From assembly GCA_013265495.1 (NCBI GenBank), contig MU057781.1, positions 248,001 through 312,000 of the forward strand: a stretch of 64,000 nucleotides of DNA, in the 5' to 3' direction. This document shows, in pieces, positions 1 through 11,544 of the stretch. This DNA comes from Vicugna vicugna (Eukaryota). The notes beneath the pieces are model-generated. The model was given only the letters and a program-made list of their open reading frames with translations, made no database searches and was not told the DNA's origin. Made by a program: the position numbers and the translations under genes. The first letter of the stretch is position 1. Each line of letters opens with the position of its first letter.

Positions 1-643
1 AGAAAGGATTTGTACCATGGAGAGCCCACAGGGTCCTGCTCCCCTTCGGAAGCAGAAGACGGGCTGGATTTTGCACCTTCCGTAATCAGGCTCACGCTGG
101 CATCCAGGGAGAGCCGTCTAGTAAGGTGGATGACCCTCTTAAGGAGATATGGGCGCCTGAAAGACTTCCTTTTGGATTTGAAATACGGGAAAAAAGAAAG
201 AATGGTGCTTAAATGAATAAGCTTGAGTCACAAGGAAAGGACTTACTCTGCAACCTGACGCAGACATTCAGGCAGCGCTCAGTGAGCCCTGAGCGCCCGG
301 CTGTGCGTACGGATGGGGATGCGGAGGGGCGCCCGCGGCCCAGGGGGCGGGGCGGAGCGGACAGGGCCCTGAGAGCCTGGGTCAGTGGGGCCACCGAGCG
401 CAGCAGAGGCCGGAGCTCGGCTGGAGAGCTGGGGGCGGAGGGGGCAGATATATTCCTGGGTTTACGGCCAAGGTGCGCACAGTTGGCCCCCTTGTTGCTT
501 ATGGAGATTGAAAGCAGAAATGGGAAATGAAATGTAAAATCATTAAAACACAGGTTTTAAACATAACTCACATCCTGAACACTTAGCTATATTCTATATT
601 TTCAAGTTAAAATGTATCGACTCCCTGATTTCCTTTACACACG

Positions 644-1149
644 TGTCAACTGAGATACAAGGCACAGCCTAGAAGTCGAGAGCTATGCTCTATTTGGTGG
701 GCGTTTCTGAGGACTGGAGCCCCTGGAGCCTCGGATGGAGGCCTCTCAGATCCCTCTGAGGGACGGCTCCACAGAGACAGGACACGTGGGGGTTTTTACA
801 ACAAAGACCAGGCAGTCAGAATATCAAGAGATGACTGTTAATTAAAGAAACTCAGACGTGCCCAGGTAAGGAACTTAGCGCTTTGCTATGTACGGGAGGG
901 CGCAAAGGTCTGGGCTCCCTGAAATCACTCCTCTGATGGGCACCGGAGCTGCCGGGGCCAGTGTCCTGTGCTTTCCCGTCCTGCATCCCCTTGGTGGCAC
1001 TGCTGGGGGCGGCCGCAGAGGCTGGGCTGCCTGCTGGTCTCCATCCTGAGCCCCCTCCGCTCACAGTCGGGGGCGGGGGCAGCGGCTGATGACCTGATGG
1101 CCACAGCGTCCTTTGTTTACTGATACGGCTGCGATGTTTTTCTATCACA
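644..1149 (-). mobile_element. Solo LTR of a class I ERV (ERV1; MER41-related artiodactyl LTR family)
   Basis: Seen: 506 bp bounded by TG...CA (TGTCAAC at 644, ...TATCACA at 1149) with an exact 4-bp TSD CACG at 640-643 and 1150-1153. A 4-bp TSD is typical of ERV1. Blocks such as GCCTCTCAGATCCCTCTGAGGGACGGCTCC and CAGCGTCCTTTGTTTACTGATACGG match my recollection of an artiodactyl ERV1 LTR consensus. Strand is inferred from that consensus. Confidence 0.8.
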
Positions 1150-1185
1150 CACGTGTGTGTGTGTGGGTATGTGAGAGAGAGAAGA
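1150..1185. repeat. (TG)n/(GA)n microsatellite
   Basis: Seen: CACGTGTGTGTGTGTGGGTATGTGAGAGAGAGAAGAG directly right of the LTR. Confidence 0.85.
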
Positions 1186-3849
1186 GACTGACTGGCGATG
1201 CATCTCCCAGGACGTTCGGGCAGCCTGAGTGATGGTGGAAAGGGGTCCAGCCCTGCCTTTGGGAGTCAGGATCAGAAAGCATCCTAGGCTGGGCCTGACC
1301 GTCTTTCTGGGGGTGCGGTGTGTGCTGCTGGAGCCTGGTGTCCCCAGGGCAGCTTCCTCCAGTAGCCGCGGGATGTGGGCTAGGGACGCCCGGGCACAGG
1401 ATGGCGGGGCCCACATCATAAAGCGTTTTCTTCTGCCTCCATCACCGCTTCCCTTTCCTAAAATGGTGGCTGAATTTATCGCCTGTTGGAAACGTAACAC
1501 AACTGAGCCAAGCGGTGCCCCAAGCCGCCTTGTCCTTCCAACCGCGTCCCATCTGCTTTGCCTCTTCGCTGCGCAGTTTTTCCCAGGATCTGCCGATGGA
1601 GGCCGTGGCTCCTGGAACTCATTATCAGAGCCGGAGTCTGATCCGAAATCTTCAGGCTCTAATTCCTCATATTAAAAACAAACGCAGCCAATTTTATTAC
1701 TTGAACTTCAACTTTAAATTGGAAAAACTTTAATGGCTGTGGTCGATCAGGCTCAGTGCAGGAGGGAAAAGAAAAATCGTTTTGAAGTTCCAGGTGCTGC
1801 CTCGCATTGAGCTAACGACACTCACCTGCAGCCCCACGTGAACAAATCCAACCCTTAATTATGTTTTTAATGAAGACTGGAAGGCTTTAGGGAATGGGTT
1901 GTGTGTTGTTTGCATTTCTAAAGAAAAGTCCCTGAACAGAGGCAAGGCTGCCCTGCCCAGAGGAGCCGGCGGGGCACGGGACAGTGCCTCCTCCTCCGGC
2001 TTCTCCTTCAGACCCAGAGCCTCGTCATCCACCCTCCATCCTGCACCCCGCAGGGCTGGGCTGGCAGTCACCCCTGCCGCGGACCATGGACACTTCTCTA
2101 ACTTTGCACGCCCCCACCACACACCGTTTAATTTTCCCCTGAAGACAGGAAGAAAGGGGGTGCAGGGTAGAGACCTGGGGCCCAAATGCCCACGTGTTGG
2201 TTCACAGGGCAGCCAGGGCTCCCTGCTGAGGTGGGGGAGCAGCTCCTGTCACCTTCGCTGACTGTGTCCTCCTCCCCCTTGTCCCCCTCCACCCCCTTCG
2301 GAGGAGCCCCGCCCTTGAACCCTTGTGGCAGCACCACATCTCTCCCCCTCACTTGCACACCTGCCCCAGGTCTCTGGCGTGGAGAAAATGCTCATTACTC
2401 CACCGAAAGAGTGAATCAGATGTGTCCTCTGGGGAGGTGCTGAATTCAGTCTGAGCCAGGTTTAGCTGTGGTGACCCCTGCAAGGCAGAGTGGAAGGTCG
2501 TGTGGGCTCTGGGAGGGGTGCACTGGGGAGCAGGGGCGGGCGCGGGGCCCAGAGACACAGGCCCGGCCCACCTGGTAAACGTGGTCAGAGGGCAGACTCC
2601 GAGGGTGGGGAGGCCCTGGGGGACGGACCCTAAGTGGGTGCGAATGGCTGTGTCCTTCCAGCACTGACTCAGGGCCACCCTCGCCCTGGCCCAGAGCTGG
2701 AGGCACAGGGAAGTGGCAGAGAAGGCCTGCGGAGATCCAGTCCGCGACTTCCCTCATCACCACGTGAACCAATGAGTGATGGAGACGCTCGCTCAGGGAG
2801 CACACGGAGAACCACCACGCTTTGTGGAACACAAGGCAGAGGACAAACCAGGGCAGCGGGGACACTGTATTCAGGACTCGGTGCTGGAGGCGTGAAGGCC
2901 GGAGGCAGGTTCCCGGGTGTGCGTGGGCACAGCCGAGCAGAAGGAGGGGCAGAGATGGAATCCCTAACTAGCAGGAGCGCGCTCTCTCAGTCGAGGACCT
3001 TCACACGTGAGCGTAGAACGGTCATCCCAGGGAACGAGCAACGCTGAGAGCTGCTCGAGGGCTGTCTTTACTTGTACTGAAGCAGAGAAGAGGTCTAACA
3101 TCAAGAGAGAGATTCAGCCGCTGGAAGGGGTGAAGCCGAGGTTCCCCTGGTCTTGGGCTGACGTGGGGGGAGCCAGGCACCTGGTTGAGGGCAGAACCTG
3201 CAGACGCTAGACGCTGAGGAAGGACGGGCCAAAGCCGGAGAGGGAGGGCCCTGCAGGGGGACTGGGCCTGAGGGACGCGGAGAGCCTTGTGTCGCACGTC
3301 AGCCGAGCGGAGCGGCTGGGGCTGGGGCTGTTGGGTGTGCCAGATGTCTGTCCCCTCGTCGTGTTCAGTTATCTCCACTTCACAGCTGCAACCAGCCCTT
3401 CTGACCAGATGGACAAACAGATGTAGCGGAGCCAACGTGGCTCCCGTGTGATGAACGGCCCGCGCTGGGCGGGAGGAGTCCAGGAGGCCACTCTTCAGTG
3501 TGGAGGCTTCCGGAATCCTCTGGGGGCAGCAAGGAAAGTAGGTTTCTGTTTCTGTAACCTGGTTACCACATTGTTCAACAAACATCCCTAAGGAGAGCGG
3601 AGAGCGGACCACCGTTCAGTGCGTTCTTCCGACCTCTGCGAGTCGCTGTTAGCACGAGTCAGGCTCAAACTCCCCGGGAAATGAACACTCCCGGGGGCAG
3701 GACTGCGCGTGCCGGCATCACTCCGGGCTGTGTGGGCACCTTCACTGGAACCTCAGCCTTCCCGGCCGCCCCCAGAGGTGGATTCCGGAGTGGGCTTCCC
3801 GTGACAGCCCCAGCGAGGCAGGAATGATTAACAAGCGTGCCTCTCGCCC

Positions 3850-4340
3850 CTGGAATTACACACCTAGACAGATGTGGCAGGCTGCAATGTGCTGGAAAAT
3901 ATTTTTAATAATTACCTGCGTGAAGTCCCAAGGACCTATTGGAAGTGATCTATTTAAATGTCAATGCCATTCATCTTTAACGAGAAAACAAAACCTTTCG
4001 GCACTATTAGTCTTTGGAATTACAGAACACATTGGTTGATAGTCTGTCATTTTCAAAACCAAATAAGGAAAGACCATTAAAAAGCTGAATTTGATATAAT
4101 TTGCCTGGCCCGGGTCTCCGGGAATGCGCTGCCGCCATCTGTAGCTGCTGCTAGTTAGTTAGTGGCAATGTCACCATCATGATGGATAGCTCAATAAAGC
4201 CATGCCAGCTGGCAAAACACATTTTAGGGATTCAGGCCGTGTAAGTTAGATCAAAAAATTATCAAGATAGATAGCACGATCGGAAAATAGAAGAGTTTTT
4301 GATCTGATGCTGAGAATCCAGTGTTCTACATTACTTTTTC
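3850..4340. promoter_or_regulatory. Candidate conserved non-coding element/enhancer with two PBX-HOX + MEIS-like motif pairs
   Basis: Seen: AT-rich non-repetitive island with TGATCTAT 3946-3953 + TGTCA 3959-3963, TGTCA 4169-4173 + TGATGGAT 4180-4187, and CTGTCA 4044-4049. Conservation and function are untested. Confidence 0.45.
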
Positions 4341-5647
4341 TCAAGGGGCAGGAAACAAGGTGTCGGCACATAGGAGAGTGGACAAGCACGCAGGCGAGGC
4401 CTCTGCTGGGTTAGAGACCCCGGCCTGGGCTGCATGAATCTGCAACAGAACCCAGGCCCCAGTCTCTCCCCAAACCAGAGCCCCCGTTTCCTCATCTTAA
4501 GTCCCCTGGACCACAGTGCTTGGCCGGGGGCTGTAAAGGGCCGTCAGGGTAACCAGAAGGCTGTTTGCAAAACTTGTACCTCCTCCCCTTCGTCCCCTCG
4601 ACACTGTAAATCTGTCGCGACAAAGAAGTAACTGAGTTGGAAGTGGAGGCTCAGTGGTTGGCGAAGCTTCCCCAAATCTACAGGGAGGTCTGGACCAACA
4701 GGCACCGACTCAGTGGACTTGATGTCATTGTCCACCATCGTGGGAGAGTTCGGGGAGATGTGTCTGCAGGGGCTTGTGACTTACTCAGAAGCCATTCGGT
4801 GTGGACAGACAGACAGCCATTTCAGAGAGGAGATGTTCCTTCAACGCTCTGCACGTGGTTTCTGAGCCACTGCCTTGTGTTGGGGACCATTTTGGTGTCA
4901 GAAATACTACCATCAGGTGGGGAGAAAAAAAGGAAAAAATCCCTGACCACTGGGCATGGGCCACGCTGCACTTTTTATATAATTTGTCATTATGCATATA
5001 CAGTCATTTTATATATAATTATAAAGGAATAATTTACAACATAAATTAATACAATAACTCCGTAATCACATGGTATTAAATAAAGCTTACACTGAATTTC
5101 TGCAGGTTGGAGGTGAGTTTTGTGCTCTGAGGAGAGGCTGTTCCTGGGTCTGCTGGGGTGCATCCTCCCGTCTCTGAGCCTGAAGCTTCCGACCCTCGAC
5201 TCTTGTATAAAGGACGTAAGTGACCCCCAGGCCAGGGTCAGGGAGACGCACCACACCCTCCACTTCAAATGCCCGAGATGGTCTTCACGGCAAATCTGAT
5301 TCATTGCTTGGGTTGGCGCGTGAGCTTCTGCCTCCCTCCCAGGATTCTGTCCTCCCCGTTTTGTCACTTGGAGAAGAGCACGCGATGGGCCCCGCGGAAG
5401 CAGCTCTGAGGCGTCGTCGCCCCACGCAGCGCGGGCTCACAGCCTCCGGCTCTTTGACACACATTCACACTGTACCAAGCACGTTGATTAAAACGCTGCG
5501 TTTAAGCAAGGGCTTGGGGTGTTGAGATCCTTGAAAATAACGTGTCGGCTCAACGCAGCATCAAAATTCAGGCAATTACTCCACTTCTTAGTGTGGAGCA
5601 CGGTTATAAGGAAAACTCTGTATTTCTCACAAATCAACATCTCTGAC

Positions 5648-5747
5648 GTGAAAAGGAACGTACGTGTGTGTACGTGTGACTGAGACGCGCTGCACACCAG
5701 AGACTGACACAGCAGTGCAGACTGACTGGACTTCAGTCAAAAAAAAA
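5648..5747 (+). mobile_element. 5'-truncated L1 3' tail (camelid-type L1), ~100 bp
   Basis: Seen: GTGAAAAGGAACGTACGTGTGTGTACGTGTGACTGAGACGCGCTGCACACCAGAGACTGACACAGCAGTGCAGACTGACTGGACTTCAGTC followed by A9 (5739-5747). It aligns by eye to the reverse complement of the L1 tail at 26762-26860. No convincing TSD. Confidence 0.75.
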
Positions 5748-7037
5748 GGAAGGGAAAAAAGCTTCTAAATTCTCTGGAAACGGCAGGTTCCCGTGAGGAG
5801 GCGGGAGAGCGAAGACACAGGAAGCAGCGCAGAGGGCGCGGGCGGCAGACGGGGCGCGGGGCCCGCCGCACACGCTGGTGCCGCCGCGACCTTCCAGGCT
5901 CTGCTGCGTCCGCGCTTGTCCCTCTGGAGCCACAAACCCCAACCTGAGAGGCAGACGTGCTCCTCAGACCCGGGGCCCCTGTGTCCGGGAGCGGGAAGAG
6001 CTGATGGGCACCTCCCGCCCAGAGGTTCCCCACAGCCGAACGACTGGTTTGGGTTTTTTTCTTTCTGCCCCAGTTTAGAAATGAGACGGGAAGGAGAAAA
6101 CCTGGTCAAGTGAAGCACAAGGCCGTTCTCCCCAGAGGCCGAGCTCTCTGTGGTCACCGAGGGCCCCGGCAGAGGGCAGCTCCACCCCAGGGACGCCCAC
6201 CAGGAGGCCACGGCTGGGTCCACACGCAAGTGAGGCTGCAGTTTCGCCCCCAGACCTGGGCTGGCCGGGTGCCGGGCTCTGCAGTCTTCCTCTCTCTGCA
6301 GGAGCACGAGTGGGTCCTGACGCCAAGGGGTCCACTCTCCCAGGCCCCCCTGGCCTCCCCCGTTGCTGGAGGACATCCGACAGCAGTGGGCTTCAGGGCA
6401 GCAGCTGGCAGCGGGCACCCCCTCGGCCTGGCTGGGGAGGAGGTGCCCTGGAAGGCTGGCTGGGACCCCTTCTCCTGAAGGGGTTCCTGCTTCTGGATGT
6501 GAAAATAAGAGTGAAGCGGTGATTCTGCGGTGTCTGCTGGCCTCTGGGATTCCAGATGGTAGATTCAAATGCCGCGGAGCCGGGTCACACGCTCCCCTCT
6601 CTTCTTCCCTGTGCGGTGGAAACACCATTCTTTGCTTTGAAGTTGTCTTAAGGACATGACACAATCAGGTGCCCCCACATGCAGCTCTTGTAAAATCAGC
6701 CACAGAGAGGCCAGGCACCAGAGACGGCCAGTCCCCAGCAGCTCATCCCAGGACCTGATTCATCTCTACCGCAAGCGGCACTCCCCGACCTGCCGCCCGT
6801 GCAGCCTTCCGCTAGCGGGAGCGACTTCTGCGAATGTGTGGGCGCCCCCCCCGCCCCGGGACTGGCCAGTGGACCACAGGATGCAAGTGCTGCCAGAAAC
6901 CGGCTGCTGCTTCCAGCGCTGGAGAGTCTCCCCGGGCAGAGATGGTTGGCAGCCGGAGAACCAACCAGACTCGTCACATAATGAGAGATGATTCAGTGGA
7001 CGGCCCGCCCCTCCCAATCCTTCAGCTCTAACACAGG

Positions 7038-7112
7038 CGTGTGCACACACGCACACATGCACTCACCCCCCACACACGTGCACACACGCACGGGCACGCA
7101 CACAGATGCACA
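7038..7112. repeat. Degenerate (CA)n/(CG)n simple repeat
   Basis: Seen: GTGTGCACACACGCACACATGCAC...CACACACGTGCACACACGCACGGGCACGCACACAG. Confidence 0.75.
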
Positions 7113-10100
7113 GGGGGTCTCTGAAGAGGAAAACTGCAGGTCGGGACTCCAGTGAGTCCAAGAGCCAAGAGAGGGTCGCCCCATTGTGTCTGTGGGCCGA
7201 GGCATTTCCGGAATTGGCGTGGAGATCCCAGAGGTAAGTCGAGCCACCGGGGAGCCATCCAGAGATGGAGATGATTCTGGAACGGCTGCTCCTGGGGCTC
7301 CCAGAGAAGTAGGAGCATGAGGAGGGACCGCTGCCTGACACAGCGCAGCCCCCTGAAGGCAGCCCTGCTCAGGCCCCGCCTGACTTTCCTAGACACCTGC
7401 CAGGCGCTGGGCCAGGGCCAGGTGGCCGCCGAGCTCCCGCCCGGCCCGCAACAGCCCCGAGGCCGGCTGTTACGGTCGGCCCCGCTGGCGCGGTGCTCTG
7501 CCCTGCAGAGAGGCAGCTGCTGAGCGCCAGAGAACTGTGGTCGTGCTCAGGGGACCCTCCCCACAGGTGGGCCGGGCTTCTGGGTCCGAACAGAACACAG
7601 CCTCCACTCCACTGTGTTCCCTGTGGTCCGGGCCCCCCTGGAGCTTCCCATCAGGCCCTGCTCTGACCCCGCCGCACCTGGTCCTCTTGCGCTCTCCCTC
7701 CACTGCGCCTCACCTCTGCACTGGGTCCCGCGGAGCTCGCCTGCCTGGGGGTGCTTATCCCACCGCGGCCCCCTGCCTAGGTTCCCTCCCCTCCACAGCT
7801 CGGGCTGCCCCGGGGCATGTGGTGGCCCAGGCTCCAGACTCATTTCGTATTCGGGGGGCACAAAGGTGGGAGAACTCAACCCCAGCTGGACGGCTGCCGC
7901 TGGCTGTTTGTCCCGAATTGCTTGGCCATCTGTGTCTGCAAACTTACAGAGAGAGCCTGGCGGTCAACAAGCTCACAGTGACCCCACCCCAAGTCACAGT
8001 GGAGCCCCAGGCCACCGCTGCGTGCCTGCGTGGGCTCGGCCGTGCTGCTTAGCCCCCGAGTCTAAAGGTGTGGATTGTATGACCCACAGCAGGAGGCTGT
8101 TAGAGACACTAAACAGTTTAAAATACAGATTTGGGTGCCTGGCTCATAGTAAGCACTCAAAAAGGCAGATTCCCTGCCAGGGGTGCACGGATGCCCCCGC
8201 TGGCTCCGGGCTCAAGGATGCAGAGGTACCCCTGCTCGGAGGCGGTCACGGCACCAGACTCCATGGCTCTGCCTCTCGCTTCGTTGCTGGACTTGGTTAC
8301 TCAGATACTCACCCTTGAGTCCGCCAACCTGAGAGCATCTTCCTGCACAGCGAAGAGCAGCCTTCACTCTCGTGAGTCACCAAGAAGGAGAGACTGTCCC
8401 CTCTCGCTTCCTCTAATTCCAGTTGGGACTTTTGAGGAAACCAAGTCTGATTTGAAACCTGGACGAGCCAAATCATTCATTATTTGTTCAAATCTGCACT
8501 TGTTGGGACCTGGGATAAAAATGGTCTGTCTTCAGAGGTCTTAAAAGCACCGAGGAACAGCCACGCTGTCTTGCTCCCGTCCCCAACCTCACCTGCCATT
8601 TCTCTCTACCGTCTTCCAAAATCACGCTGCTGTGCCACCGTGGTGACGGCCGCTGGCAGGGACAGCCTTTCAGCGCCTGGTCTCCCCCCTTACGCTGAGG
8701 ATCTTTGATCGTCCAAGCCCCCAGGATTCAGGCTGCTTTTCCCGTGGTCCAGATGGTGCCCAGGGTACTTTCTGCTTTGATTCAAATGCCTGCACGCGTT
8801 CTTGGCTACAGAAAAGTTTTTCCCTTTATGTTCGTTTCTGTGTGGTTTTCTGAATATAAGTGGGCGTTCCATTATCATAATTGTTTGGCTTTTAACACAC
8901 TTTAGCCAACGTGCAAGTTACTTATTCTAAAATATTTAACAAACTGTCACTCTCTCCCGGTAGAACGCCCGTGGTGTGAGCTGCCGCAGAAATGCACGGC
9001 AGCGAGACACCGTCCTTCTGACTACAAGCGGGTTCAGTTAACTCCAGGAAAATAAATTCTTGGCAGTAGAAGTTGCTGGCATTGTGACAAAATGCCTGTA
9101 AGTAGCCAGATTACCGAGACAGGGGGCCAGCGTTTATGACAATTACAGTGTAGGACCGACGGTTTAACTTCACACGTCAACTGCCCACCAGGAAGCAGGT
9201 AATGACTGGTGATGCAGAGGAAGTTGGGGGGGTCTCGGATGCAGACAGGGGACCAGGGAGCAAGGGGCCGCTGCAGCCACGAGCCTGTGACCCTCCTCTC
9301 CAATATGTTCTTTATGGAGAGAAATAAGATGCTGTGTTGACCGCAGCCTCCAAAGACGGTTTCGCCCTGTTCCAGCCCACGAAGGTGTCCCAGCAGCGAG
9401 GGCTCCCTGACCCACACCCTCGCCACCGAGCGTTACCTGTGACTTCAGCATGGCTTCCTCTTCACTTCCCTCTTATATTCTGGTGTCATTTCCACCCTCA
9501 GTGTTGTCGGAGAGTTAAAGGTTTTCAACCAGACACATTGCCCCATTTGGGTTACCTCTACTGGAAGGCATCCGATTTAAACCACAGCCTTTTTATACAG
9601 CAAAGCATAGGACTTTCTAACTGTGAATCGGGCTCTCTGAATATTAAACGTCCCTAAATCAGGACATGTATTTTTTATATATTTAAATTTTTTATTTAAA
9701 CAGTTCTGACAAGACGCACTCGGATCATTTCCCTGACTCAAGTATGAACACGCGGGCGTAACGTAACCTCAGGAGACCTCAGAGTTTTCACACGGAAGTG
9801 ACTAGATGGTGCCGATGGCTCAGTTTCTCTTGCGAGATGAGCTTCCTTGCAGGGAGGAGACAGGACTTCGGGCACCTGGATGGGTTTCGCAGCAGCACGT
9901 GTGTCCCACACCTGACGATGTTGTTTCAAAGACGGTATCCAGGAAGCAACCTTCGGTGTGAGTCAAACGCCCTCAGGGGCTGGGAGGTTGGTAACATCAC
10001 AGGACGGAACCCGCAGGGAGTGTGCCAGCGTATCTGTGTCATGCGATTGTACCAGTGCAGGAACCTCGGGTCAGTCACCCCGTGTCACCTGGGCTCGGAG

Positions 10101-11544
10101 GCGACAGGTAGGGAGAAAAGCCAGAGGCCGCTGTTTGTTCAATGGTCAGCTCCCCCGGAGCGCGGACAGGTGCGGGGCGCCCGGCGCTCCGGACCCGCTG
10201 CCCTGAGGGGGCTTCCAGGCCTCCCACCGCCCCACGGTCTCAGGCAGCTGCATCGTGTGCTTAAGAGAGGACAGGCCGACGCAGAGCCCGCCCCGCCCCG
10301 CGCGCTGACGCCTGCTGTCAACATCCCGCCGTCCAGACTTCACGGAATCTTGGGCTTTGAAAAATTCATCTCCTCCAAATCGGTATTCCACAAATGCAGC
10401 TTTGACAAAATGCATTAAATTTGAAGGGGAAAGCCAATAATTGCAATGTTTGAAGATTCAATTTAAATGCTCAAAGTGGTCAAGAGCCGCCCCGGGGGAA
10501 GCCAGGTGAGGAATCCGAGCTCTGGTGGAGTCAAGTCTTCGATGTGTCTTCAGTGTTTAAAAACAAAAAGCTCCTTCCCCTCTTCTAGAGGTTTCCATGG
10601 ACAACCCGCAGCGGTGATTCTGCGGAGAAGGGTGCGTGGCGCGCGTGAATCAGGCCCTGGGGAAGGCCTGCGGTGCTTCTCTGAGGCTGTGCATGTCCAC
10701 GCGTGCCCGGGCCTCCAGGCGTCCCGGGGCGGGGGCGGGGGTCAGCCACGGCGGGCGGACTCCTCCTCCTTCTGAAATACTGAGTGTTTCTCAGAAACGC
10801 TCCCGGGAAAGCTCCCTCTCGGCTTTGCTGACTCTACAACCCCTCTGGCAACCGCTGACGTCAGGGCATTGGTGGGGCTTCTGATTCAAGACAATGTCAG
10901 CAGCGGCTTCTTCCGTGATGCCGCCTTCTGCTTGCAAGTGACTTTGTTCAAACGCTCGGGGAGGCGGGCATCCCTGGAGACGTCATTCATTGGGTTCCAG
11001 GTCACCTGTGTGGCGGCGGAAGTGAGGGGCGGGGCCCGGGGGCTCGCACACCAGCCGCAGGGGCAGTTTTCCCACTTTGACGGGCCAGGCTGGCGAGACC
11101 CGGGGGACCAGTGCCTCCAGCCGAGAGGGTCCCCTGTGTCCACCCCAGGTGGGCGGAAATACGTGTCCCATGATGTCCTGGGGGGACACCGGAAGATGGA
11201 GGGGGGCAGCAGACGTGCAAAGGAGAAAGGGGAAGGGACGAGAGGCTTGTCGGAGAAACCGGAGGGGGGGTGGGGGCAGGGGGCAGAAGACCAGGCAGGC
11301 AGCGCCGTGGAATGGAGTCAGGAGAGTGCGGCTGGTGTCGGGAGAGAGGAGGAAAGGATGCCCCACCTCAGAGGCTGTGAGGCCCAAGGGACCTCCCGGA
11401 GGGACCTCCCGAGGCTGCTCGCAACCCAGTGTGCAGCCCCCAGGGCGGGGCTCCGCAGACACAGACACAGCGCGGCGGGACGCCCCTGGGCCCCTCCCGG
11501 GGGAGAAGCTGGGATGTCGTGCAAACAGTGTCACTGGTGCGTGA

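Noticed and set aside
265-450. GC boxes and CpGs suggesting a promoter, plus an 8-bp inverted repeat at 275-296
   Set aside because: Too short for a CpG island and no downstream exon is evident. The start resembles a GC-shifted antisense L2 end. An 8-bp stem is at chance level in 64 kb.
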